From Nostoc sp. DedSLP01 (lineage in GTDB: Bacteria > Cyanobacteriota > Cyanobacteriia > Cyanobacteriales > Nostocaceae): 64,000 nt of DNA. The translations under genes and the position numbers were made by a program. Under the pieces are notes generated by a model. That model worked only from the letters and a program-made list of their open reading frames with translations. It was not told where the DNA came from and did no database searches. This document shows, piece after piece, positions 19,007-28,131 of this stretch (position 1 is its first letter; every line of letters begins with the position of its first letter). The stretch covers positions 96,001 to 160,000 of the forward strand of contig JAVRCJ020000019.1 in assembly GCA_034530875.2 (NCBI GenBank), written 5' to 3'.

Positions 19007-20380
19007 ATGGGAAAAGCAGGACAAGCACTCAAACAGGTTTTAGAGTCTTACAACATCAGCCAAAGCCAACTAGCGACAGGTTTAGGTGTTGAGCGTCCGA
19101 TTGTCTTCCGTTGGTATCATGAAAAAATTGATCCTACTGCTGAAACTGTTGCAGAAATTGTCAAGGCGTTAAATAAGATTAATCAATCAGCCGCAAATGA
19201 TTTTATTCAAGTATATTTAGGAGATTTAATCTTATTTAAAAATTCAATCATCAATCAGGACTTACCACTGTCAGAGAAAGTTAATGTTACAGTTTTATCC
19301 CAAATATTTAACAACATCACTAACTCTTATAAATATCTTTATTTTTTATCAACCTTAGATATTATCAAAAGAAGAAATTTTGATACTTTATCGCCTATTA
19401 GCTTTCGAGAAATTATTGTTGAAATGTTAGCTAATGCTTGGTATCCTCACAATTATTTTAAACTGTCTTTTGGGAAGCAAGACCAAATAGCTAATAAATT
19501 AGACGCTCTTGAACTAGATATTACAGAACCAATTTTAAAGTTTAGAGATCCAAATAAAAAACTTTTGCGTACAGCTATTAATAACCAAAATCTCGATGAT
19601 ATTGTTATTTCAATTAATCGCTATGTGTCTTATCGTTTAATTCGTCCTTTCTTTTTTCAAGAAACAAGGGGCTTAAAAGATTATGATGTTAATCCCACTA
19701 TTATTAACTTAGCCAACAATCAATTTGATACTAAAAAGTCTTTATATTGCTTTAATGCTGAAGACCAGAAAAAGTGTAACGCCATTATTTTACATCCCGA
19801 TTGGATTCAGTATTTAGAGGAAAATTATACAATAGTTAGGGGCTGGGCATCTTGGGAATGGTTAAATTATATGCAGCAGAGAAATCCCAGTACCCCTAAT
19901 GTAGTTAATAAATTATTTATGCCACAAGAGAGAGATTCTCTAGGTAATCAAACTAAATATTGGAAAATCATTTTAGATCGTCAAGAGATTGAATGTATTT
20001 ATTCTAAATTTAAATTAAATAAGGATGAAATTTCTTTAGATCATTATTTGCCTTGGTCTTTTGTCGCTCATGACCAATTATGGAATTTAATTCCGACTAC
20101 AAAATCTGTGAATTCTTCTAAATCTAATAATTTACCATCAGAAAAATATTTCCGTGACTTTGTATCATTACAACATTTAGGGTTAACCATTTATAAGCAA
20201 AATGTTTCTCAAATAAAATGGTTAAATGATATTGAATCTTTTGTTGCAGAATTGAAAGTTGATCGACCAGATGATTTATTAAATTTAGAAATTCTGATGA
20301 ATGTTTATACAAAAACTATACAACCTTTGATTTCTTTAGCAACTCTCCAAGGTTTTAGCCCTGATTGGGTTTACGTCTAA
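19007..20380 (+). CDS. XRE-family HTH fused to an HNH endonuclease
   Basis: N-terminus LKQVLESYNISQSQLATGLGVERPIVFRWYHEKIDP (XRE). C-terminus CIYS...SLDHYLPWSFVAHDQLWNLIPTTKSVNSSKSNNLP (HNH). ORF track starts at 18992. Confidence 0.85.
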   Translation: MGKAGQALKQVLESYNISQSQLATGLGVERPIVFRWYHEKIDPTAETVAEIVKALNKINQSAANDFIQVYLGDLILFKNSIINQDLPLSEKVNVTVLSQIFNNITNSYKYLYFLSTLDIIKRRNFDTLSPISFREIIVEMLANAWYPHNYFKLSFGKQDQIANKLDALELDITEPILKFRDPNKKLLRTAINNQNLDDIVISINRYVSYRLIRPFFFQETRGLKDYDVNPTIINLANNQFDTKKSLYCFNAEDQKKCNAIILHPDWIQYLEENYTIVRGWASWEWLNYMQQRNPSTPNVVNKLFMPQERDSLGNQTKYWKIILDRQEIECIYSKFKLNKDEISLDHYLPWSFVAHDQLWNLIPTTKSVNSSKSNNLPSEKYFRDFVSLQHLGLTIYKQNVSQIKWLNDIESFVAELKVDRPDDLLNLEILMNVYTKTIQPLISLATLQGFSPDWVYV

Positions 20381-21483
20381 GAAACAATGAACCGACTTTA
20401 GTAATTTGGTTAGCCTATAGCGAAGAACTTTGCGAACAAGCAGTTACAGAATTTCAAAAAGCCTGGGACAGTTTAGGCGATAACTTCGTTAAGCTTCGCT
20501 AACGCCCCCTCTCAACTTACCGCTTTTGGGGCAACCATGAATTAGACTTAGCACAAGCGCAAGATGGCTTAGTAGTAGCAGGATTAGCCAAAGTCTATCA
20601 CGCCGCCAAAAAGAGTATTCGCTTTATTAATCAACTGGGTGTGCGTTATTCCTTGGTAATTATCGACGAAGCCCATCAAGCAGTTGCCGAAACTTATAAA
20701 CTCGTCTTAGATGCTTTAGTTGTCCCCTACGAAAAAACCGCCTTATTAGGTTTAACCGCCACACCCGGACGGACTTGGGCTGATATTAACACCGATGCAC
20801 AACTAGCAAAATTCTTCGCCCAACAGAAAGTTACTTTAGAAATCCCAGGTTATGACAACCCCATTGATTATCTCGTCGATCGCCAATATCTCGCTAAAGT
20901 TAACTATCGCTCATTATTTTACCAAACGGGTATCGAACTAACTCCCCAAGACCTGAAGCGGATTAATACAGAATTAGACATACCCCAATATATCCTCAAT
21001 CGCTTAGCAGCAGACGAACAACGCAACCTCCGCATCATCCTCGAACTCGAAGCACTCGCCCAACATCATCAACGCATCATCGTTTTTAATACCTCCGTCG
21101 AACACGCCCGACTCATCGCTGGAATTTTGCGTTTGCGAGGATTTAATGCTGATGCAGTTACAGGTGAAACCCCCAAATCAGACAGAGAACGGCTGATTCA
21201 AAGCTTTAAAGACGAACAGCCGCAAACCAAGATTTTATGTAACTACGGCGTTTTAACCACTGGCTTCGATGCACCCAAAACCAGCGCCGCCGTTATCGCC
21301 CGTCCCACCAAATCCCTTGTCCTCTACAGCCAAATGGTAGGACGCGCCATTCGCGGACTCAAAGCTGGGGGTAACGCTACCGCCGAAATTGTCACGGTTG
21401 TGGATAGCCAACTCCCCGGTTTTGGTTCAGTTGCATCAGCCTTCCACAATTGGGAAGACGTTTGGAGGAAAACCCATGAATAA
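20381..21483 (+). pseudogene. Truncated SF2 (DEAD/DEAH, ResIII-like) helicase
   Basis: Motif Ia LVIWLAYSEELCEQA is readable upstream of the called ORF in the same frame; IIDEAH, GLTATPGR, GFDAP and QMVGRAIRG follow. Walker A and the N-terminus are missing, and there is an in-frame TAA at 20500-20502. Confidence 0.85.
20482..20502. mobile_element. 21-nt small dispersed repeat (SDR5-like) inserted into a HIP1 site
   Basis: gcgat[aacttcgttaagcttcgctaa]cgc. Removing the 21 nt restores GCGATCGC and an open frame (LGD-RPLSTYRFWG). Confidence 0.8.
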
Positions 21484-23299
21484 CGCCCATGATATCGTTC
21501 CGACTCACCTCGCCGTCCAAGCCATGCGCGATAACGGTTATAAGAACGCCGCTTATGCGATCGCCGAATTAATGGATAATGCCATTCAAGCTGGTGCATC
21601 GCAAGTAGAACTGCTGTGTGGCGAACGCAAACAACAGGTGGAGGGGAGGAGGCGATCGCGTATCGAACAAATCGCAGTGTTAGATAATGGTCGTGGTATG
21701 GATGCTAACGTTTTACGTCTAGCCCTGCAATTTGGCAATGGTACATATTTAGATGAAGACAAACACACCGGAATCGGTCGTTTTGGAATGGGTTTACCGT
21801 CTTCGTCTATTTCCCAATGTCAGAGAGTTGATGTATGGTCATGGCAAAATGGCATAGAAAATGCACTCCATACTTACCTTGATTTAGATGAAATCAAAAA
21901 TCGACGGTTGACAGAAGTACCAGAACCTACGCCTCAACCAATTCCGATGATTTGGAGAAACATCGGTCAGAAATTTGGTGACAACGGCACATTAGTAGTA
22001 TGGTCAAAAATTGACCGTTGTATATGGCGAACCGGAAAAGCAATTATTGATAACTCCGAATTTGTGATTGGGAGAATGTATCGCAAATTTATCAATAGCG
22101 GCGAAGTTAAAATTCGCATGGTGGCGTTTGATTTAGAGGCTTTATATAACCTAATTCTAGAAAAATATGCCTTACCTAATGACCCAGGTTATTTAATAGA
22201 AAAAACCTCATGCTCTCAACCATTTGATAATCAAGCAATGTTCCGATATTGGGAGGGCGATACATCTTATGAAGCAACTTATAAAATTAATTTTAAAGAT
22301 AAAGAACATGACGTAAAAGTGCGTTTCTCTTATGCGAAAGAAGAAGCACGCCAAGCTGAACCAGGAAAACAACCCGGTAGTTTGCCACACGGACAACATG
22401 CAGGTAAAAATGTAGGAGTTTCGATTGTACGTGCTGAACGAGAATTAGAATTAGATATAGGAGTAGTTAATGCTTCCGATCCAAGAGAAAGATGGTGGGG
22501 AGTAGAAGTAGAATTTCCACCATCCCTTGATGAGATTTTTGGAGTTACTAATAATAAACAGTCAGCCCGTAATTTCAGTGAACTTCTCAGATTTGATATT
22601 GAGTCTTTACTAGAGGATGGAAAAACTATTACTCAAATTAAAGAAGAACTTGAAGAAGAAGGAGATCCAAAAAGTTCGCTTTTAATTATTGCTGATAAAA
22701 TTAATAATCAAATTAAAATTATTCGTCGTTTGCTGCAAGCACAAACAAAAGGTACTCGTACTAATACTGAAAAACGCCACGACCCCTATAAACCGGAAAA
22801 AGTAGCAACTACCGTAACTCAAGAACGTAAATCACAGGGTTACAAAGGTCAAAGTGATATAGATGAACAATTACCAAAAGAAGAACGCAAACAAGTTATT
22901 AAAGAAACTTTGAAAGAAGAAGGAGTTACAGAAACCAAGACCGAATTATTAGCAGCAACTACAGTAGATGATGGTTTAAAATATACCTTTGTCGAATCTC
23001 CTCTTGATACTCCTGCTTTCTTCTCAGTTAAACCCAGAGGAGGAGCAATTATTGTGACATTAAATACTAATCATCCTGCTTATCAAAACTTAGTAGAAAT
23101 TTTAGAAGAAGATGTAGATAAAGCTGATATAGATACCTTACGTTCTCGGTTAGTTAACTCTTTGGATGGTTTAAAATTACTATTAATGGCATGGGCAAGA
23201 TATGAGGATGAACAGCCAGATGGTAAACGCAAAGATAATGCTCAAGACACCCGCATTGATTGGGGGAGGGTTGCTAGGAGGTTTTTAGAGAATGAATAG
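21476..23299 (+). CDS. GHKL/MORC-like (HATPase_c_3) ATP-binding protein
   Basis: RDNGYKNAAYAIAELMDNAIQAGA, VLDNGRGMD, IGRFGMGLPSSS, GTLVVWSKID, FGVTNNKQ, LNTNHPAY. The ATG overlaps the helicase end. Confidence 0.85.
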   Translation: MNNAHDIVPTHLAVQAMRDNGYKNAAYAIAELMDNAIQAGASQVELLCGERKQQVEGRRRSRIEQIAVLDNGRGMDANVLRLALQFGNGTYLDEDKHTGIGRFGMGLPSSSISQCQRVDVWSWQNGIENALHTYLDLDEIKNRRLTEVPEPTPQPIPMIWRNIGQKFGDNGTLVVWSKIDRCIWRTGKAIIDNSEFVIGRMYRKFINSGEVKIRMVAFDLEALYNLILEKYALPNDPGYLIEKTSCSQPFDNQAMFRYWEGDTSYEATYKINFKDKEHDVKVRFSYAKEEARQAEPGKQPGSLPHGQHAGKNVGVSIVRAERELELDIGVVNASDPRERWWGVEVEFPPSLDEIFGVTNNKQSARNFSELLRFDIESLLEDGKTITQIKEELEEEGDPKSSLLIIADKINNQIKIIRRLLQAQTKGTRTNTEKRHDPYKPEKVATTVTQERKSQGYKGQSDIDEQLPKEERKQVIKETLKEEGVTETKTELLAATTVDDGLKYTFVESPLDTPAFFSVKPRGGAIIVTLNTNHPAYQNLVEILEEDVDKADIDTLRSRLVNSLDGLKLLLMAWARYEDEQPDGKRKDNAQDTRIDWGRVARRFLENE

Positions 23300-23402
23300 G
23301 ATTAAATCTCGCGCAAAGGCGCAAAGACGCAAAGAGGTTAGAGAGTTGTGATGATAATTCTCTGCGTTACTTTGCGTTTCCTTCGCGTTCCTCTGCGTTT
23401 AA
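23300..23402. repeat. Octamer tandem repeats with an inverted arm
   Basis: gcgcaaaggcgcaaagacgcaaag ... ctctgcgttactttgcgtttccttcgcgttcctctgcgttt. Confidence 0.6.
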
Positions 23403-23406
23403 AAAA

Positions 23407-24555
23407 ATGACTAACATAATCTACCTAGATTACCACTCAACTACTCCCGTTGACCCCAAAGTAGCCGAGAAAGTCATACACTATATGACTACTGCTTTTG
23501 GTAATGCTAATAGTGTAGATCATAATTATGGAGATGAAGCAGCAAAAGCAGTTAAACAAGCCCGTCAACAAATAGCCCAATTAATTAATGCCTCTCCCAA
23601 AGAAATTATCTTTACCTCTGGTGCAACAGAAAGTATTAACTTAGCAATTCAAGGACATATTAATAAACAAAATACTCCTGGTAAAATTATTGTTTCCCCA
23701 GTGGAACACAAAGCCGTTTTAGATACCTGCAAAGCATTAGCTAAAAAAGGATTGGCGGAAATTATTTGGTTAAAAGTCAATCGACAAGCGCAGATTGATT
23801 TAGAACATCTAGAAAAAGTTTGTGCTGATGGTGCTTCTTTACTCTGCGTGATGGCGGCTAACAATGAAGTCGGGACAATTTACCCAATAGAAAAAATTGG
23901 GGCGACCGCTCAAAAATATCATATCCCTTTCCTATGCGATGCTTCCCAAGCCGTCGGTAAAATTCCCCTCAACTTTCAAGACTGGGGTATTACCTATCTC
24001 GCTATTTCCGGCCATAAATTTTATGCACCTCAAGGTGTTGGTGCGTTAGTAGTCAGAAAAGGTTACCATCTTCAACCACTTATCTATGGTGGCGGACATC
24101 AACAGGGACTCAGATCCGGTACACTAAATGTCCCCGGAATCGTGGGTTTGGGGGAAGCTTGCAGATTGAGACAATTAGAAATGTCAGCAGATGAAAGTGC
24201 GATCGCCATTTTGCGAAATCGACTGCAAAACCTCTTGCAATCTGGAATTCCTGGCTTAGTGGTGAATGGAGACTTAAACAACCGTTTATCAGGTAACTTA
24301 CATATTTCTATCCCCGATATTCTCAATAGTGCCATCATTGCTAGAGTCCGCCACCAATTAGCTATCTCTGGTGGTGCAGCTTGTTCGTCAGGTGTGGTTG
24401 CACCATCTCACGTTTTACAAGCTATGAATCTATCAGACAATATAATTGAAGGAGCATTGAGAATTGGTATTGGCAAATTTACTACCACAGCAGAAATTGA
24501 AAAAGTATCTTCTCTGCTCATCAATACAGTAAATCAAATTCGTAAAATCGTCTAA
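23407..24555 (+). CDS. Cysteine desulfurase (IscS/DndA/SspA-like)
   Basis: IYLDYHSTTPVD, FTSGATESIN, NNEVGT, SGHKFY (PLP Lys), RSGTLNVPG, GAACSSG (catalytic Cys). Last gene of the DUF4007 island. Confidence 0.9.
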   Translation: MTNIIYLDYHSTTPVDPKVAEKVIHYMTTAFGNANSVDHNYGDEAAKAVKQARQQIAQLINASPKEIIFTSGATESINLAIQGHINKQNTPGKIIVSPVEHKAVLDTCKALAKKGLAEIIWLKVNRQAQIDLEHLEKVCADGASLLCVMAANNEVGTIYPIEKIGATAQKYHIPFLCDASQAVGKIPLNFQDWGITYLAISGHKFYAPQGVGALVVRKGYHLQPLIYGGGHQQGLRSGTLNVPGIVGLGEACRLRQLEMSADESAIAILRNRLQNLLQSGIPGLVVNGDLNNRLSGNLHISIPDILNSAIIARVRHQLAISGGAACSSGVVAPSHVLQAMNLSDNIIEGALRIGIGKFTTTAEIEKVSSLLINTVNQIRKIV

Positions 24556-24612
24556 AAATATACAAAAAACAAATTATTATTCAGTTGGCTTCCATATCTA
24601 TAGGAGAGTTTT

Positions 24613-24798
24613 ATGAATCGTTCAAAATTAGTTGCCATTCTGACAGGTGCGATTTCTATTATTTTAGCGATCGCCTACCTCATCCTGGTTCAACTGCTGG
24701 ACTACCGGGACATGAAACCTGCCCCCATCAGCCAATTCGACCAAACACCTATGATGATTTCTAGTTTTTGGCAGATTGACAAAATTGCACAAATATAA
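24613..24798 (+). CDS. Small single-pass membrane protein, conserved hypothetical
   Basis: RBS-like AGGAGAG upstream; hydrophobic LVAILTGAISIILAIAYLILVQLL. Confidence 0.65.
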   Translation: MNRSKLVAILTGAISIILAIAYLILVQLLDYRDMKPAPISQFDQTPMMISSFWQIDKIAQI

Positions 24799-24815
24799 TT
24801 CATATTTAGCCAACC

Positions 24816-24841
24816 TGTAGAGACGCGATTCATCGCGTCTT
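24816..24841. repeat. REP-like palindrome
   Basis: gtagagacgcgattcatcgcgtct; a split copy occurs at 45470-45846. Confidence 0.6.
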
Positions 24842-25349
24842 TTGCCATTTTATTGATGCGATTCATCATCTCTGTTGATTTATGGCGGTTCTCGTTGAAA
24901 TATCTATTAAAGAGGGGCGCACAGTTTAGTTAGCTGTGTGCCTCTCTTTAATATAAATAGATAAAACCAATGATATAGCAACAGCCAACGTGGTTAGGAC
25001 ATTAACAGATGATAAAACTTAGACACAACAAGACTTTTCGCCCAGTCCCCAGTTACTAGTCCCCAGTCCCTTACTATAGCTATCGGTTAATGCCACATCT
25101 AAATTCATAGATAAAAAACAATAGCTATTATTTATGTAATAAATGGTAAACATATAAGATTTAGTTACCTTAATTATCTTAGATTTATTTAAGTAAAGTA
25201 ATTCCATTTGGACGCAGATAACGGTAAGCTGTTTTTAACAAAATTAAATAAATATAAATTCGCATGATTGGCGAATGCTAAATTTACAGGGATCAACGCA
25301 AGTTGGTTCCGAACGCCAAAATTTTGATGAAATATATAGAGGTTTATTG

Positions 25350-27209
25350 ATGGCTCAGTTTCTACTAGAGACTGTTTGGCTAGTTCCTTGCTATGCCTTA
25401 ATAGGTGGATTGTTAGCGGTACCTTGGTCGCCGGGGATAATTCGCAAAACAGGCCCAAGGCCGGCAGGCTATGTCAACTTGATAATGACATTTTTCGCTT
25501 TTGTACATAGTGTAATTGCCTTACAAGCAACTTGGAATTATCCTCCCCAAGAAGTATTTATCCCTTGGTTATCTACCGCAGGTTTAGATTTGACTATCGC
25601 CCTAGACATATCTTCTATTAGTGTCGGCGCTTTAGTCGTAATTACTGGTTTGAATTTGCTGGCGCAGATTTATGCCATTGGCTACATGGAAATGGATTGG
25701 GGCTGGGGACGCTTCTATTCCTTATTGGGATTATTTGAAGCGGGACTTTGTGCCCTGGCTTTATGTAATAACTTGTTCTTCAGCTATGTAATTTTGGAAA
25801 TCCTAACGCTGGGAACTTACCTGTTAGTCGGCTTATGGTTTAGCCAACCTTTGGTAGTCACAGGTGCAAGAGACGCTTTCTTAACCAAACGGGTGGGAGA
25901 CTTATTCTTGCTGATAGGTGTGTTGGGGTTATGGCCTCTAGCTGGAACTTGGAATTACACAGAGTTAGCTGAGTGGGCGGCTACAGCCAACGTCAACCCA
26001 ACAGTAATTACATTGGTGAGTTTAGCTTTAATTGCCGGGCCGATGGGTAAATGCGCTCAGTTTCCGTTGCATCTATGGTTGGATGAGGCGATGGAAGGCC
26101 CTGTTCCCAGTACGATTTTGCGGAACTCGGTAGTAGTTGCTAGTGGTGCATGGGTGTTGATTAAACTGCAACCTGTGTTAAGTCTATCACCCATAGTTTC
26201 CTCAGCAATGGTAGCGATTGGTGCGGTTACAGCGCTTGGTGCTTCGTTAATTGCGATCGCTCAAATCGATATGAAACGCTGTCAATCCTATTCTGTCAGC
26301 GCATACATGGGTTTAGTATTCATCGCTGTAGGGGTGCAACAAGATGAAGCTGCACTATTGTTAGTCCTTACCCACGCCATCTCCGCAGCATTGTTGGTAA
26401 TGAGTACTGGCGGAATTATCTGGAATAGCATCACCCAAGACGTAACTCAAATGGGTGGACTGTGGAAACGCCGCCCAATTTCCGGAATCGCCTTTATCAT
26501 TGGCAGTTTGGGGTTAATTGGTTGTCCACCATTGGGTAGCTTCTGGGCGCTGATGGAATTGGCTGATGACTTATGGGTAACCCAACCTTGGTTAGTGGGA
26601 GTATTAATCGCCGTAAATGCTTTGACAGCCGTAAGTTTAACGAGAGAATTCGCTTTACTTTTTGGCGGTAAACCCAGACAAATGACCGAGCGATCGCCTG
26701 AAGCTCACTGGCCGATGGTTCTGCCGATGATGATTCTACTTGGCTTTAGTCTGCATCTTCCTATCATTTTGCAAAACTTATCACTTTTACCAGATTGGCT
26801 AAGCCTAAATAAAGACGTTGCACTACTTTTAAATTGGTCGAGTCTTTTTGGTTGCGCTATCACTGGTGTGATTTATTTCAGCAATATTCCCAAACCAATT
26901 CGTTTACCTTGGAAAGGTTTACAAGACTTAATCGCCTACGATTTTTATACCCCCAATATCTATCGGATGACGATTATTTTCACCGTTGCCCAAATTTCTC
27001 AATTAGCCGATATGATTGACCGCTTCGTAGTCGATGGCATTGTGAATTTTGTCGGTTTATTTTCCCTATTGGGTGGCGAAAGTTTGAAATACAGTACCTC
27101 AGGACAAACTCAGTTTTATGCCTTCACGGTACTTTTAGGAGTGAGTGTTTTAGGAATGTGGATAACTTGGCCATTTTGGGGAATACAGTTTTTAGATATG
27201 ATTTTCTAA
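25350..27209 (+). CDS. ndhF3: NDH-1 subunit NdhF3 (inducible CO2 uptake)
   Basis: MAQFLLETVWLVPCY, TGPRPAGY, KCAQFPLHLWLDEAMEGPVP, YSTSGQTQFY; upstream of ndhD3/cupA. Confidence 0.93.
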   Translation: MAQFLLETVWLVPCYALIGGLLAVPWSPGIIRKTGPRPAGYVNLIMTFFAFVHSVIALQATWNYPPQEVFIPWLSTAGLDLTIALDISSISVGALVVITGLNLLAQIYAIGYMEMDWGWGRFYSLLGLFEAGLCALALCNNLFFSYVILEILTLGTYLLVGLWFSQPLVVTGARDAFLTKRVGDLFLLIGVLGLWPLAGTWNYTELAEWAATANVNPTVITLVSLALIAGPMGKCAQFPLHLWLDEAMEGPVPSTILRNSVVVASGAWVLIKLQPVLSLSPIVSSAMVAIGAVTALGASLIAIAQIDMKRCQSYSVSAYMGLVFIAVGVQQDEAALLLVLTHAISAALLVMSTGGIIWNSITQDVTQMGGLWKRRPISGIAFIIGSLGLIGCPPLGSFWALMELADDLWVTQPWLVGVLIAVNALTAVSLTREFALLFGGKPRQMTERSPEAHWPMVLPMMILLGFSLHLPIILQNLSLLPDWLSLNKDVALLLNWSSLFGCAITGVIYFSNIPKPIRLPWKGLQDLIAYDFYTPNIYRMTIIFTVAQISQLADMIDRFVVDGIVNFVGLFSLLGGESLKYSTSGQTQFYAFTVLLGVSVLGMWITWPFWGIQFLDMIF

Positions 27210-27276
27210 AGTTCCATATTTGGCTAGTTAATACTCGTTTTTTACAACCTGATTTTAATAGTGTGAGGAGGATTTT

Positions 27277-28020
27277 ATGAGCATACAACATCCCGAAGTT
27301 AATGTTAGTCGCAGAAATTTATTGAAGTTGGGTGCAGGTGCTATTGGTACAGGGGTAATGACAGTTGGACTTGGTTCCAACTTGGTTGCACCCGAACAAT
27401 CTTTAGCACAACAACCTCCGGCAAAAGAACCTGCAAAAGAAGATGAAATAACACCTGATAAAGCATTGCAAGAATTACTAGATGGAAACGATCGCTTTGT
27501 TAAAAGCAAACGTAAAAATCCCAACCAAAGTTATTCGCGTTTAGCTGAAGTTGCCAAAGGGCAAAAACCCTTTGCTTCTATTCTAGGTTGTGCAGATTCA
27601 CGAGTTCCTTCTGAGATTATTTTTGACCAAGGGCTGGGAGATTTATTTGTTTGCCGTGTAGCTGGTAATATTGCGACTACAGAAGAAATTGGTAGCCTAG
27701 AGTTTGGCAGTTTAGTATTAGGTACGAAAGTAATTTTCGTAGTGGGGCATGAAAGATGCGGCGCTGTAGATGCCACAATCAAAGGCGCTCAAGTACCAGG
27801 TAGAATTGGTAGTTTGATTGAGGCAATCAGACTAGGTGTAGAAAGGTCTAAAAATCAACCAGGCGATAAACTAGAAAATGCTTGTAAGGCCAATGTTTTA
27901 GTGCAAGTTGAAACATTGAAATCATCGTCAGTTTTATCCGAGCTGATCGATGCAGGAAAACTCAAGATAGTCGGTGGTTACTACGATTTGGATACTGGTA
28001 GAGTCACCCTGGTCGGTTAG
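27277..28020 (+). CDS. ecaB: Beta-class carbonic anhydrase with twin-arginine signal (EcaB-like)
   Basis: SRRNLLK Tat motif plus a hydrophobic stretch; GCADSRVP, RVAGN and GHERCGAV zinc ligands; GGYYDLDTG. Confidence 0.85.
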   Translation: MSIQHPEVNVSRRNLLKLGAGAIGTGVMTVGLGSNLVAPEQSLAQQPPAKEPAKEDEITPDKALQELLDGNDRFVKSKRKNPNQSYSRLAEVAKGQKPFASILGCADSRVPSEIIFDQGLGDLFVCRVAGNIATTEEIGSLEFGSLVLGTKVIFVVGHERCGAVDATIKGAQVPGRIGSLIEAIRLGVERSKNQPGDKLENACKANVLVQVETLKSSSVLSELIDAGKLKIVGGYYDLDTGRVTLVG

Positions 28021-28131
28021 TTTTTTCATCCATAGTCATCGGTCGTTATTTAATAAATAAAGAATAATCGATCGATGACTATGGATAAATAACAACAGAC
28101 AAATGATAAAAAACAAAGGGCAAAAATTATC

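Noticed and set aside
19791..19802. CATCCCGATT match to the tRNA-Pro 3' end as a possible attR
   Set aside because: Only 10 nt, in the middle of an intact HNH gene; compatible with chance.
23407..24555. Housekeeping iscS/nifS
   Set aside because: No isc/nif/suf neighbours; it sits at the end of the DUF4007 island, so an SspA/DndA-like role is more likely.
25100..25140. NdhR/CcmR LysR operator upstream of ndhF3
   Set aside because: Only an imperfect ATAG-N8-CAAT in very AT-rich DNA; plausible but not supportable by eye.
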